A stretch of 64,000 nt of DNA from Chrysomallon squamiferum (GCA_012295275.1 CM022668.1:12152001-12216000); one strand, 5' to 3'. Positions 17,069 to 30,197 are shown, counted from the first letter of the stretch. The notes: generated by a model not told the origin, from the letters alone. Numbers and translations: made by a program.

Positions 17069-17756
17069 CTGGGCCTGTGCTTTTAAAATTTAAATGTCCT
17101 AAATATAGCACAAGAGGAGATAACTATGTCATGTTTTTGATTTAAACTGAATAAAATCTTGTTTTTATAACCCCTGTAAATTTTATAATATCATGTTTAA
17201 TTCAAATCAAATGATAATAAATTTGATTCATAGTAAAAACAAAAAAATGAAATGATAATTTTAAATTGAATTATATTGCTTTTGACAAATTTAGCTCTAC
17301 CTTTATTCAATTTTTTTAAAAAGAAAATGGATTGAAATTAAATAACCTGATGTTTTATTCAAATTAAATTATATCTTATAAAATTTAAATTTTATTTTGA
17401 CCATTTATATTTTGAAATCAAGTTTAACTAAAATTAAATTATAAAACCATTTTTTATTTGAAATTGAAAAATGTTTAAAATAAATATATATCTTATGAAA
17501 ATTTTAATTTTTAAAGATTAAAACTTATTTGGTACAAATAAAGTAGATTAACTCAAATTAAATTATAAAACCCATTTTTTTGATATCACCTCTATTTAAA
17601 ATTTTAATTAAATGAATCCTTAATATTTTCAATTTCTTAAACAGACTTTATTTAAAAATTCTATTATGGATTCAGTTTCAAATTAAATTCTGACATAGTT
17701 AGCTCCCTTTGTGTCACCATTTGTGACATTTCTATTTTTTATAAGCACAAGCCCTG
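17069..17756. mobile_element. MITE-like non-autonomous DNA transposon with imperfect terminal inverted repeats of ~60-85 bp
   Basis: Left end GGGCCTGTGCTTTTAAAA...AAATGTC...GGAGATAACTATGTCA matches the reverse complement of the right end GGGCTTGTGCTTATAAAA...AAATGTC...GGAGCTAACTATGTCA; AT-rich non-coding interior; no clear TSD. Confidence 0.75.
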
Positions 17757-18419
17757 CAGGAAATTCTTAATATAACTTAAAACAATCTCCTCAATTTTCA
17801 ACAATTCAAAAAGAGGTTAAAAAGAAAGTCTGACCACACCTGAAAAGGGTTAGGGGTAAGGTCAAATACCACCAAAAATGGTTTGTATTATTGCTGGAAG
17901 TTTTTGTGTGTTTTGCACAAATTGAGACTGATTAAATTTTCGAAATCTGGTTTCAGTATGGTAAAAATTATAAATAGTGAAATATAATTAAAATGGATTA
18001 TTTGTTAAGATGAAGAAGAAATATTTTAATGTTTTTTTTAAAAAGCATTTTTGTATGTATTTCAGCTCATATATATATATACATTTTCATTTATTTTAGT
18101 AAGTAATCTAGATGTCTATTGGGGAAAACTAACTTTAGAAAATGGAGACCAAGTTCAATAATTTAAATGAAAAGTTACTATTAAAATATAAAAAAAAAAA
18201 ATAAAATAAAAAAAATTTGACAATTTTTAAATTAATTTTCACAAATATATATATAAAAAAAAAATAAATTAAAAATATTCATCTTAAAAAAATATATAAT
18301 TAATTAATTAATGCAAAATATATATACGACTCCCAGCAAAACTGTTTTTTTTTTTAAGTTTCCAACAATCGGAAGCAAGTTTACAAAATTTGCTGCATGG
18401 CCTAATGTTGTGCTTTCAG

Positions 18420-18545
18420 ACCATTGACTGGGTAATGAAAATTGAGGATGACTTTTTCCCAGTTATCGCAGGCGATCTGGGAAATTCCGAAGAAGGAATT
18501 AGTGCATTACAGGCTCGCTATGATGAATTTTATCCAACGTACAAG
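18420..18545 (+). CDS. Mutually exclusive exon A (TIDWVMKIEDDFFPVIAGDLGNSEEGISALQARYDEFYPTYK)
   Basis: tttcag/gtacag, 126 nt phase 0-0; paralogous to 19568-19696. Confidence 0.9.
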
Positions 18546-18569
18546 GTACAGGTGTATTTTGTTTTATTC

Positions 18570-19520
18570 ACGAGGAGACAGGGGGTCGAGGTCAGAGGTC
18601 ACTTTTGCGAATGTTTAGATTTCAGGTGTTTGTTTAATGTGTCTGATGTTATTGAGAGGGTGTTTCAGATGTAATAAGAAGAGGTTGTGGTTAATGTGTT
18701 TGATTTAAAGTAAAAGAAGAAAAAGTATTTAAAATTAATAAAAGTTTTCTTAATATAAAATTTTGAATCATGTAGATGGTAATACATAGATTTTGAAAAT
18801 AATAAGTATTTTACAACAACAACAGCAAAATATAAATAAATAAATAAAGAAAAAAAGAAAGAAAGAAAACAAATTTGTTAGAAATAAAATATCAAATATA
18901 TTTTTATAATCTAGTAGTTAATGTATATTGGCAACACCAATAAATAAATAAATAAATAAAGAATAAAATATTTAAAATAGTACATACATACATACATAAA
19001 CAAACAAACAAATAAAGCAAATAAAACAAACAAATAAGTAAATATGTAATATCATATAACCCCATATATAGAAATGGGTTTAAAAAGTAGAGATTTATAG
19101 ATTTTAATTTTATATTTGAAATGCATAAAATTTAATTAATTAAAAAGTATTAAAATAACTAAAATTAAAAAGTGATGTTAGATAAACACAATTTGATAAA
19201 GAAGACATTTAACTAAATTATACCAAGAAGGTATATTATTCAACAGTTTAAAACATTAAATAAAAGAGTTAATTATTTTATCATTCAAATCCAAAACATA
19301 ATTTATACTTGATCATCACACATCATTACAACCTCTTTGTCTAAACATAAATAACTTAAAAACAAAAAAAAAAAAAACTAAAAAATATTTAAGAAAAGTC
19401 TAAAATGACGTCATCAGATGCAACAGACAACAGATGATGTTTTTTTGGGGGTTTGTCATGGAAACAAATCACTGAAGTGTGAAATGTGACCAGAAGTGAC
19501 CGTCACACCTGTCTTCTTGT
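18570..19520 (+). promoter_or_regulatory. Predicted long-range intronic pre-mRNA stem between the mutually exclusive exons (arms ~18570-18650 and ~19408-19520)
   Basis: ACGAGGAGACAGG (18570-82) pairs with CCTGTCTTCTTGT (19508-20) over 13 bp with 2 G-U; nested helices GGTCA/TGACC, GGTCAC-TTT/AAA-GTGACC, TTCAG/CTGAA, TTTGTTT/AAACAAA. Confidence 0.65.
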
Positions 19521-19567
19521 ATTTCTGTTCCTGCATGACTGAACACTGTTATTTTGTTGACTTTTAG

Positions 19568-19696
19568 ACCATTGATTGGGTGATGTCTGTGGAAAGGGAT
19601 TTTTTCCTTCCATATATCGCTGGTAACCTTGGCAACTCCTTGGAAAGAGCACAGGAGTTGCAGCAGAAACTGGAAGACTTTGGCCCTGTTGCTAAG
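19568..19696 (+). CDS. Mutually exclusive exon B (TIDWVMSVERDFFLPYIAGNLGNSLERAQELQQKLEDFGPVAK)
   Basis: ttttag/gtacag, 129 nt phase 0-0. Confidence 0.9.
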
Positions 19697-19874
19697 GTAC
19701 AGTGGGTGTGTGATGTCGTGTTGCTAAGATACCATGGTGATGATGATGATGTTGTTGTTGTTATGACATGTTGCTGAAATACAGTGATGTCATGTTGCTA
19801 AGATACGATGGTGGTATATGAATGTGAAGTGAAATGGTAGTGCATGTAACTGCAAATGAGAGATATAGTCTGTG

Positions 19875-19925
<51 letters not shown>

Positions 19926-20599
19926 GGGGGAAGAAGGGAGGGAGACTGGAAGAGGGTGAGGGTGAGAGAAAACTCAAGAATGAGAGAGGGAGAGAGAAAA
20001 TGGAAAAAGGAAGGAGAGAGAATTCATGTGCAAATGAATGACATTGTTTATTTATTTAAGAGAGAGAAACTGGGGAAAAAGAAAAATGTGACTGAGAAAG
20101 AGTGAGAGAGAATTTGCATTTGAAAGATATTGTGTTCATATGTCTATGTGTCTGTGTGTGTGTGTGTCCATCTGAATAAGAGAGACAGAAAGAATGTGAA
20201 TTAATAATGTGTGTATAAATGTGAGTGTGTGTGTGTGTTTTGTGTGTTTGGTACTGTGTAAGAGTGTGAAAGTGAATATGTCTGTATGTCTGCAAATGTG
20301 TGTGTGTCTTCAGGTAACTACAGATTTGGTTATCAATGGAACATGTTTACATTTTACAATGTATTTTCTATGAATGAGAGAAAAATAAAAGAAATGGAAA
20401 ATAAAATTGTATAAAATTGTATCTATACTATTTTCTTTGCATGGACAGTTTAATTAGATGTTTGTTTCATTCTAAGTAACATGTATATAGTAGTTCATAT
20501 GTAATCAGTATTTTATAGAAAACAAAATATGTCTTTGTCAAATAATATAATAATTGTTCTTTCCAGTTTACTTTCTGTTATTTTTATTATTAATATTAC

Positions 20600-20657
<58 letters not shown>

Positions 20658-20705
20658 CACTAAATGTCATTATTATTAATGTTTTTCTTTCTTCTTCTTC
20701 TTCGT

Positions 20706-20736
<31 letters not shown>

Positions 20737-20988
20737 TTATTATTATTATTAGCAAATATTTGAGTTTAAAACTATTTTAAATATTAATATTTTTAAAAAT
20801 ACATACATTCTTCTCCATTATTTTAATATCTTACATGATAACATAATGTTATTTATTTATACATAACTAATATAATATTAATTATTATTATACTATACTA
20901 TATTGTATCTTTCAAGATATCACTTTTATTTCATCCCCAGCTATGACATATCTGAAATATTACATCCAATATTATTCAAAATTTATAG

Positions 20989-21177
20989 AAAGCACAAGAA
21001 GAAATAGAAGGTCATCTCAAAACAGCAGAGTTACTGTCCCTTAAAGGTGACACCAAAGGTCAAAAGGATCAGATTATCAATGAACTCGTTAAGGTGCATC
21101 AACGCTTTCAGGCACGCATCAACGAATACCAGATCCTACTGAAAATGACCATCCAGTTTTTCAAGAATCTGCACCAG
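20989..21177 (+). CDS. Exon, spectrin repeat (KAQEEIEGHL...FFKNLHQ)
   Basis: ttatag/gtacgc, 189 nt phase 0-0. Confidence 0.9.
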
Positions 21178-21337
21178 GTACGCTTTATTTTATTTTATTT
21201 TAATTTATTTTATTCTGTTGTACTTTATGTGTCTTGTTTCAGTCACTTGTTATTTTGTAATCTGTAGCTTAAAATTTTGTTTTGTTAGTGGTAGATTACA
21301 TTTTTCATTTTTGTTTCTTTATTTATTGAAATTAAGG

Positions 21338-21379
<42 letters not shown>

Positions 21380-21913
21380 TACTAATATCATTATTACTAT
21401 TATTATAATTATTACTATCATTATTATTACTGATATATTCATTATTACTATTATCATTACTATTACTATTATTATTACTATTATTATCATTACTACTAGT
21501 ACTAGTACTATTACCATTATCATTACTATTACTATTATTATCATTGTTAATATTATCACTATTACTATTACAACTACTATTACTACTATTACTATTATTT
21601 GTAGCTTAATATTACTAATATCATTATTACTATTATTACTATTATTATAATTATTACTATCATTATTATTATTACTGATATATTCATTATTACTATTATC
21701 ATTACTATTACTATTATTATCATTATTACTATTATCACTATTACTATTACAACTACTATTACTACTATTACTATTATTACTATTATTACTATCATTATCA
21801 CTATTACTATAATTATTACTATTACTATTACTATTATTATCATTATTACTATTTCTATTACTATAATTATTACTATTTCTATTACTATATAACTATTACT
21901 ATTGTCATTACAG

Positions 21914-22090
21914 CTTGATGAAGTGATAGAGAGAACTGAACATGCGTACGCGCAGCTGCAGCTTCCCTCCGACCTGCCGCAGGCGGAGTCGATGCTGGAC
22001 GAGCACAAGCGCAAGAAGACGGAGATCTCGCAGCTCATCCACTTCACCGCCGATGAGGGAGAGAAAATAGTGCGCAGGGTTCGGCAGCAA
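21914..22090 (+). CDS. Exon, spectrin repeat (LDEVIERTE...RRVRQQ)
   Basis: ttacag/gtacgc, 177 nt phase 0-0. Confidence 0.9.
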
Positions 22091-22623
22091 GTACGCGAGG
22101 TTTTAAATCACAATTTTTGAAATTTTTAGTTTTGAAATGTTAATTTTGATGAGCTTAGGTGTGAAATTTTAATTTTAGTGTGTTTAGGTGTAGAATGTTA
22201 ATTTTGATGTGTTTAGAATTGTAAAATTTAATTTTGATGTGTTTAGGTGTAAAATGTTAATTTTGATGTGTTTAGGTGTAAAATTTAATTTTAATGTATT
22301 TAGATATAAATGTTAAATTTAACATATTTAGACAGAAAATTTAATTTGAGCTTATTTAGATTAAATATATATAAATGTTTGTTTTATTGGGCTTTTTTTG
22401 TATATTTTTGATTTTTATAAATTTAGTTAAAAAATTTTAATTTTGATATATTTAGATATAAATCTTAAGTTAATAAATTTATACATACAATCTAAATTTT
22501 AATCTATAACTTAATTTTTATGCATTTAGATATAGAACATAAATTTAATATTGTTATTGTTAATACCTATTAGATATGAATGTAAATTTTAAACAAACAA
22601 ACAAACAACGTGTTTCTGCACAG

Positions 22624-22896
22624 GACGCAATGGCTGCGGCCCGCGAGGACGTTCAGGGTGTTTTGAACGTCACAGAAGAATACAAACGTCGCTGGAACAC
22701 AACCTGGGAAGAGCAACAGCGACGTCTACAGCAGAATCTCCAGATCTGTCAGTTCAACTATGACCTTCGACAGATCCACGCGGAGATCGACGAACTCCAC
22801 CATCACCTGCAGGCCCGGCGCGGCAGCTACGGCAACAACCTGCCCGCTGCAAAGATGACGTCGCAGGCCTTCAAACAGTTTGAACTAACTGTTGAT
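22624..22896 (+). CDS. Exon, spectrin repeat (DAMAAARED...FELTVD)
   Basis: gcacag/gtaagt, 273 nt phase 0-0. Confidence 0.9.
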
Positions 22897-22963
22897 GTAA
22901 GTGGAAATTGTATATACATACATAAACATACATACATACATACATACATACCTACATACACAC

Positions 22964-22996
<33 letters not shown>

Positions 22997-23092
22997 CATA
23001 CATACATACATACATATATTTACATACATATATATATATATATACTTACATACATACATATATACATACTTATATGTATATATATAGATACA

Positions 23093-23128
<36 letters not shown>

Positions 23129-23321
23129 TACATACATACATATATACATACATATATGTACATACATATATATTTACATACATACATACATACACACATA
23201 CATACATACATACTTATATACATACATATACATACATACATACATACATACATACTTGTATAAATATACATATCAATACATATATATATATTGATGCACA
23301 TGCACACACACACACATACCC

Positions 23322-23352
<31 letters not shown>

Positions 23353-23547
23353 AACATACACACATACATACATACACACATCTACACATACACACACACA
23401 CACACACACACAAACACATACATACACACACATCAACAATTTATTGGATTTTTTTCACACATTTATATATTTTTTTCAAGCTTTATTAAAACATACACAT
23501 TATATGTAATTAAAGGGAGACAACTAACGTTTGAAAACGTTTTTCAG

Positions 23548-23739
23548 ATAATCGAGAAGAAGATTTCCAGCTTCACGAGCACCGCGGAGTTGATGGTGCA
23601 GGACAAGCACTACGACTCCGTGCACATCAGACAGGAGGTCGATGTGCTGCGCAACAAGTGGAGCACGTTCCACACCACCGTGCGCGACTACCGCCGGCAG
23701 TTAGACACATCCATAGTGTACTTCACGCTCTTAGAGGAG
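23548..23739 (+). CDS. Exon, spectrin repeat (IIEKKISSF...HYDSVHI...FTLLEE)
   Basis: tttcag/gtgagt, 192 nt phase 0-0. Confidence 0.9.
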
Positions 23740-24400
23740 GTGAGTGTCTCTTTCCCGTTCCAACCTACACTTTTTTCATATTACTGTGTGAGATTATTTA
23801 GACACATCCATAGTGTACTTCACACTCTTAGAGGAGGTGAGTGTCTCTTTCCCGTTCCAACCTGCATGTTTCATATTACTGTGTGAGATTATTGCTGGTA
23901 GCTAGACATGTCCATAGTGTACTTCATGCTCATAGAGGAGGTGAGTGTCTTTTTCCCGTTCCAACCTTCACTTTTATATGACTACCACTGATTATTTAGA
24001 CACATCCATAGTGTACTTCACGCTCACAGAGGAGGTGAGTGTCTTTTTCCCGTTCCAACCTACATGTTTCATATTACTGTGTGAGATTACTGCTGGCAGT
24101 TAGACACATCAATAGTGTACTTCACGCTCATAGAGGAGGTGAGTGTCTCTTTCCCGTTCCAACCTAAAATTTTATATGACTACCACCGATTATTTAGACA
24201 CGTCCATAGTGTACTTCAGTCTCACAGAGGAGGTGGGTATCTTTTTCCAGTTCCAACCTACATATTTCATATTACTGTATGAGATTACTGCCGGCAGTTA
24301 GACATATACACAGAGAGGAGGTGTGAGATTATCACAGGCATTTAGACACATACATAGTGTACTTCACTCTCATAGAGGACGTATCTTTTTCACATTCCAA
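23701..24400 (+). repeat. ~95-105-bp tandem repeat spanning the exon 3' end and its donor site, ~7 copies
   Basis: TTAGACACATCCATAGTGTACTTCAC...GAGGAG|GTGAGTGTCT...TTCCAACC recurs. Confidence 0.9.
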
Positions 24401-24678
24401 CTTCATTTGCTGAAGAAGTAACTATTTTCAATTCCAGTCATATCTGGAGTGAATGTAAGAGTCTTTTTCCCCAGTCCAGCATTCCTTTGTCCACCACTGT
24501 ACTAGCCAGTACATCTGCACAGTAGTGAGTAATCATTCAAAGGTCTCAAGAACTGTTTTCACATTCCAACCAGCACTTCTCACTAGCAGTTCAACACACA
24601 CACACACACAGACTTGCCTCTTATAAAATAATCTCTTTTCCCATTCTAACACAGACTCCATTTTTTTTTTTTTTTTTT

Positions 24679-24780
<102 letters not shown>

Positions 24781-24791
24781 TTTCTGTTCAG

Positions 24792-24975
24792 TGTGAGATG
24801 TGGATGAAGGAAGGAAATCTTTTGCTGATCACAATCGGACGCAAATCCACAGAGTGTCGCAGTCCACAGGAGGCTGAGGAACTCATCAAGACCCTGGAGA
24901 AATTCGTAGAGGACGGGAAACCAAAGCAAGAGGAGAGACTGAAACAGGTCACAGAACTGGCTGTTCAACTGTATG
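24792..24975 (+). CDS. Exon, spectrin repeat (CEMWMKEG...AVQLY)
   Basis: gttcag/gtgaga, phase 0-1. Confidence 0.9.
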
Positions 24976-25695
24976 GTGAGACCTTTTTGATGTTGTTAAT
25001 AGTAGAAATTGTGTTGTATTTAGTTATGTGTTTGTTTATTTTGTTTAATTATTTTTATTAGAAATTATGTTTTATTTATTTATGTGCTTGTTTATGTGTT
25101 TATTATTTTTTATTTTGTTTAATTATTTTTTATTACTTTTATTTTGTTTAATTATTTTATTAGAAATTATGTTTTTTTATTGATCTATTTATTTATTTTT
25201 TTTTTTTTTTTTTTTTTGTTTATTTATCTGTGTTTTTATTTTATTTTATTTTATTATTTTTTTTATTTATTTTATTTTATTTTGTTTTTTTTTATATTTT
25301 TTTTATTCATTCATTCATTCATTCATTCATTTATTTTAATTTATTTATTTATTTGTTTGTTTATTTTATTTTATTTTAATTTTAAAATTCCAAATTTTTT
25401 TAAAATTTATTTATTTGATTATTAAATTTTAATTAGTTTAAATTTATAAATAAATTCAATAAATTTAAATATTATTAATTTTATTCAATTTCACTTGTTT
25501 TTTTAACTTACAAATTTTATTTTCCAATTTATTTATTCATTTTTGTTTGTTTCTATTAAAATTACATTATATAATAAATTTCTAAAAAGTTCCCATTTAA
25601 TTCTTTATTTTTTTTTATTTATTTAAAATCAAATTATTTAAACCCAAAAGACAAAGTTAATAAATTTTAATTTAAACCTATTTATTTCCCTGCAG

Positions 25696-25814
25696 GCGAT
25701 CAAGGTCCAAATCGCATTCGAAACATCGTCATACAGTACCAGGATTTGATGCAGTCATTTGAACAAGCCGACAATGAACTCTCAAATCTGAGAGACAACA
25801 TGGAGGGCATTAAG
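25696..25814 (+). CDS. Exon, end of spectrin region (DQGPNRIRNIV...MEGIK)
   Basis: ctgcag/gtcagt, phase 1-0. Confidence 0.85.
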
Positions 25815-26325
25815 GTCAGTGGAGTTCAAGGTCACTTCAGTAATTGTTGATGTTCATAATTATTGATGTTATTATACGTCATTGTCTTCTTTTATTTTTT
25901 GTTCTCATTAGTATTACAGTTGTTAGTATTGTTATTATATGTATCATTACTTTTTTAAATTATTATTATCATTATTGTTGGAGTATTATTATTACTAGTA
26001 TTGTTACTGCTATTATATTGTTGATATTTTTGTTGTTACTATTTCTATATTATTATTATATTTCTCTTACTATTATTATTATTATTATTATTACTATTAC
26101 TATTATTACTATATCAATTACTACTACTACTATTACTATTATTATTACTATTATTATTATTATTATTATTACTATTATTATTACCATTATTATTACTATT
26201 ATTGTTATTACTATTGTTATTGTTATTATTATTATTACTGTTACTACTTGTTACTATTATTATTATTACTATTACTATTATTATTGTTATTGTTATTGTT
26301 ATTGTTATTATTACTATTATTATAG

Positions 26326-26447
26326 CAGCCTGTAGAAGAAATGATGATGCCTGAGCAGGCTGTCAAAGCTGCTGCCCCACAACGTCAACCACGGCCACCT
26401 CGCATTGTCCAGCACCTCAGAAGTGCTGACATGGTTGAGGGCGCAAA
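26326..26447 (+). CDS. Exon, linker and start of Ig1 (QPVEEMMM...PPRIVQHLRSADMVEGA)
   Basis: TAGCAG tandem acceptor, gtaagt donor, phase 0-2. Confidence 0.85.
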
Positions 26448-26994
26448 GTAAGTAACTTTCATTACTTACTGTTTGTTATATGTCATCTATCATATATTTA
26501 AATTTATTACACATGTTCAATATATATATATAAATATATTAAAATAAAATGAAATTAAGATTTATATTTAAATAAATTAACATTTAATATTCATATAAAA
26601 TATATTAAAATTAAGATTAATATTTAAATACATTAAAATTAACATTTATATCTATTTATATTAAAACACACACACAGTCAAACACACAGTGTGTGTGTTT
26701 AATTATTAAATATATATATATATATATACATACATATATTCTACATACATACTATTCTACATACATAGATGATAGATAGATATAGATATATTAAAATTTA
26801 TCATATATGTTCAATAATTAATATATTCACATTTAAAGAAACATTTAAAACATTTTAACTTGTTTTTTTCATTTATTTTAAATTTTAACAGTAATTTAAC
26901 AAGAGAGTAGAGAGGTTATAACTTTGAGATAATACTGAAAATAACAATCATAACTAAGATAATAAAATTTTTAAATATTTTTTTTTATTAACAG

Positions 26995-27215
26995 ATTCAC
27001 CTTTGAGTGTCGTGTTGAGAGTGACAGTCCAGTTGAGGTCAGCTGGTTCAAGGACAACTTACCACTGACCAGTCCAGACTACGAGACACGCTTTGTCAAC
27101 GGCGTGGCAACACTTACCATAGAAGAAACATTTTCTGAAGACACAGCTAGGTACACCTGCAGAGTTACCAATGCTGCAGGAACAGCAGAGTCGTCTGCCC
27201 ATCTTAATGTCAAAG
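26995..27215 (+). CDS. Exon, Ig1 (FTFECRVE...WFKD...EDTARYTC)
   Basis: taacag/gtcagt, phase 2-1; I-set motifs. Confidence 0.9.
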
Positions 27216-27721
27216 GTCAGTGGTTATAAAAATTTAAAGAGACGCTTTCGTGATTTTTATAGAAATTTCTGTTTAATTTTTAAATTGTATTTAAAACATT
27301 CAAGAATTGGTGGAATTGGTTTTGTTATTTTAAATTGACATTAATCTAAAAAATCTCTTATATTATACTTTGAAAGTTCTCAGTATTTTTGTATTTTTAA
27401 GTCTATATTCTGTTCTATCCTGCTTATTATTATCTGGACATGGGGTATTAAAGTGTTTACTGTTCTAAGTAACTAAATTTATATAGCTGAACAAACCATA
27501 CACACCTACAAAAACACATTAAAAAAAATCATATACCAAACAAAAATATAGCAAATTTACATGTATGTAATTTATTTTCAAAATTGTTTTATATATATAC
27601 ACAAACATCATTAACTACCAAAAAAAAAAACCACCCAGAAATATACACACATATATATTATATCTTAAATAAACCAAATATTCCCAAGCTCTAATTATCT
27701 CCCTTCCATCCACTCTTCCAG

Positions 27722-28018
27722 AAACTCATCAACAAATCATACCTCCCGAATTTCTCAAAACCTTGAAATCTTGCGAGATTGTTGAAGGAAACCCCTTCTC
27801 CTTCGAGTGCCATGTGCAAGGAGTACCGTCTCCTACGGTTTCGTGGTACAAGGATGAACTGAATATAGACAATTCTCCCGACTATGTCTTTACCAAAATA
27901 AATGGTATGTGCTGCCTGAAGATCAGGCAGGTCGCACAACACCACACGGCACGCTACACGTGCAGGGCTCAAAACCCAGGAGGGGAAAGCTCCTCATCTG
28001 CAAGGCTGTCTGTTATAC
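27722..28018 (+). CDS. Exon, Ig2
   Basis: ttccag/gtaagc, phase 1-1; FECHVQGVPSPTVSWYKD...YTCRAQNPGG. Confidence 0.92.
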
Positions 28019-28039
28019 GTAAGCTGGCTTTGAAGTTTT

Positions 28040-28850
28040 GGCATGAAATAAGTTGGATATGATGACCATGGCATGATATAACTTTGTATGTAAAATAACT
28101 GAAGTTTATACTTTGGTATGAAATAATAACAGTTGACACCCCATGGCATGAAATAACCCCACTGATAATGGCATGAAATAACTTTGTAATTTGAAATTTA
28201 AACTTTGGTATGAAATAATGACTATTGACCATGGCAGGAAATAACTCAGTATGAAACAACCACTGATAACCATCGCATGAAATAACTTGTATACTGTAAT
28301 ATAAAATAACTGAAGTTTATACTTTGGTTTGAAATAATAACAATTGACCCTGGCATGAAATAACTCAGTATGATAATCATGGGCATGATATAAATATCTA
28401 TAATGTATATATAAAATAACTGAAGTTTCTATATGACATAACAACTGATAGATATGGCATGATAAAACTCATCTACTATGAAATAATTAAAGGTTATACT
28501 TCAGTGTGAAATATCTACTGATGATCTTGGCATGAAATAACCACTTATAGCTCAAATTTTGACTTTCTTATGAAATAACTCAAGTGTCTACATTGGTCAA
28601 AAAAATATTATAACTGGCATGAAATATCTCAAATATTACATTTGTTTGCAGTGAAATATCATTTAATGATAATGTCTGCAGTCACTGAGTAACTACTTGA
28701 GGATCAAATATTTGAAATGTCTATATGGGCATGAAATAAGTGATGTGTCAATAACAGGAATATACCACTGCGAAATAATTAAATTACTAAAATAAGTGAT
28801 GTGTACAATAACAGGAATATACCACCGCATGAAATAACTCAGATACTATG
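28040..28850. repeat. Degenerate array built on GGCATGAAATAAC
   Basis: Motif recurs many times just after the donor. Confidence 0.7.
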
Positions 28851-28982
28851 TTTATGTGGTATAGTTTAAAACTTTTTTTTTGTTGTGTGTGAATAATAGT
28901 TTGGAGTGTGAAAATGACACTGAATTGTTTTTTGGAAGTAAGGGATTTTATTTGTTTTATTTTTTTATTTATTTATTTATGT

Positions 28983-29027
<45 letters not shown>

Positions 29028-29284
29028 TTATTAATTTTATTTTATTTGTTATTATTTTATTATTATTAATTTATTTTTATTTTTTAAAATCAGATGAAAA
29101 GAAGAAAAATAGATACACTGAATTTTTTGGTTATTAAATATTATAATGAACATTTTATTTAAATATAGTTTTGATTTGTTTTGTTTTATTTTATTATTTT
29201 AATTTTGTAAAGGAAATGAAAAGAAGAAAAATAAATATATTGAAAATTTTAATTATTAAATATTATTAAAAACATTTTATTTAC

Positions 29285-29323
<39 letters not shown>

Positions 29324-29388
29324 TTTTACTTACTTTACTTTACTTTACAATCAGCATTTTCTAATTATTTATATTAATCCCATTTCAG

Positions 29389-29543
29389 CTCTGCAGATTC
29401 CAGCTTTTCATCAACCCCTGCAAGACTGTTCAATCCCAGAAGGCAAAGGGATCCGGCTTGAAGTTCGGTTCACTGGATCACCACAACCGGACATTACCTG
29501 GTTCCGTGGATCGGAAGCCATAAGTTCCACAGGACTTTTCAAA
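29389..29543 (+). CDS. Exon, Ig3 N-half (PAFHQPLQDC...ITWFRG)
   Basis: tttcag/gtaaga, phase 1-0. Confidence 0.9.
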
Positions 29544-30048
29544 GTAAGAAAATTAGAAATAATTTAAAATTTATTTTCATAGTCATTTTACAAAAAATCT
29601 ATATGTTTTTGAAATTATTTTTGTAAACATTAATAACTGAATGATATCAAAAATCAAACATTTCTCAATAGATAACACAGTATATTCATCAAGATGCTGT
29701 AAATTAGTGTATTGCTATTTTGTTCCACATTTCTATGTATGATGTCATACTTTATCTTTAACAAAGAATGGTGCCACACAATACACTTTGAAAAATCACA
29801 ATTAAATACTATTTCTTCATTATGCATCAGGTATATATTAATAAGAAACACATGGACACATGTATAAGTATTTAAAATAACATTTAAGCTATAAATTTTA
29901 ATCCACAAATGTGTTTCTAATAAATATCTGTTCATTTCTATTTAGAATAGAGAAGATTCGTGGGTTATATTTACATACTGGGTATGTAACGAGGGTTTAG
30001 CCAGTATTAAATATTTACTAATTGTATTTTGTGTGTTTTTTTTTACAG

Positions 30049-30197
30049 ATCACAATCAAGATGAACTACTCTACACTCGACATTCTAGAAGCATATCCAG
30101 AAGATTCCGGAATCTACACTGTGGTTGCTAAAAATGCAGCAGGCGAAGCCAGGACCACGTGTACGCTGACGGTGGAGTCGTTCTATTCCAGCACTGG
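30049..30197 (+). CDS. Exon, Ig3 C-half (EAYPEDSGIYTVVAKN)
   Basis: ttacag/gttggt, phase 0-2. Confidence 0.9.

Noticed and set aside
22576-23886. 436-aa ORF as a single coding region
   Set aside because: Two real exons joined by a stop-free (TACA)n intron with canonical splice sites; the HTYI repeat is not credible protein
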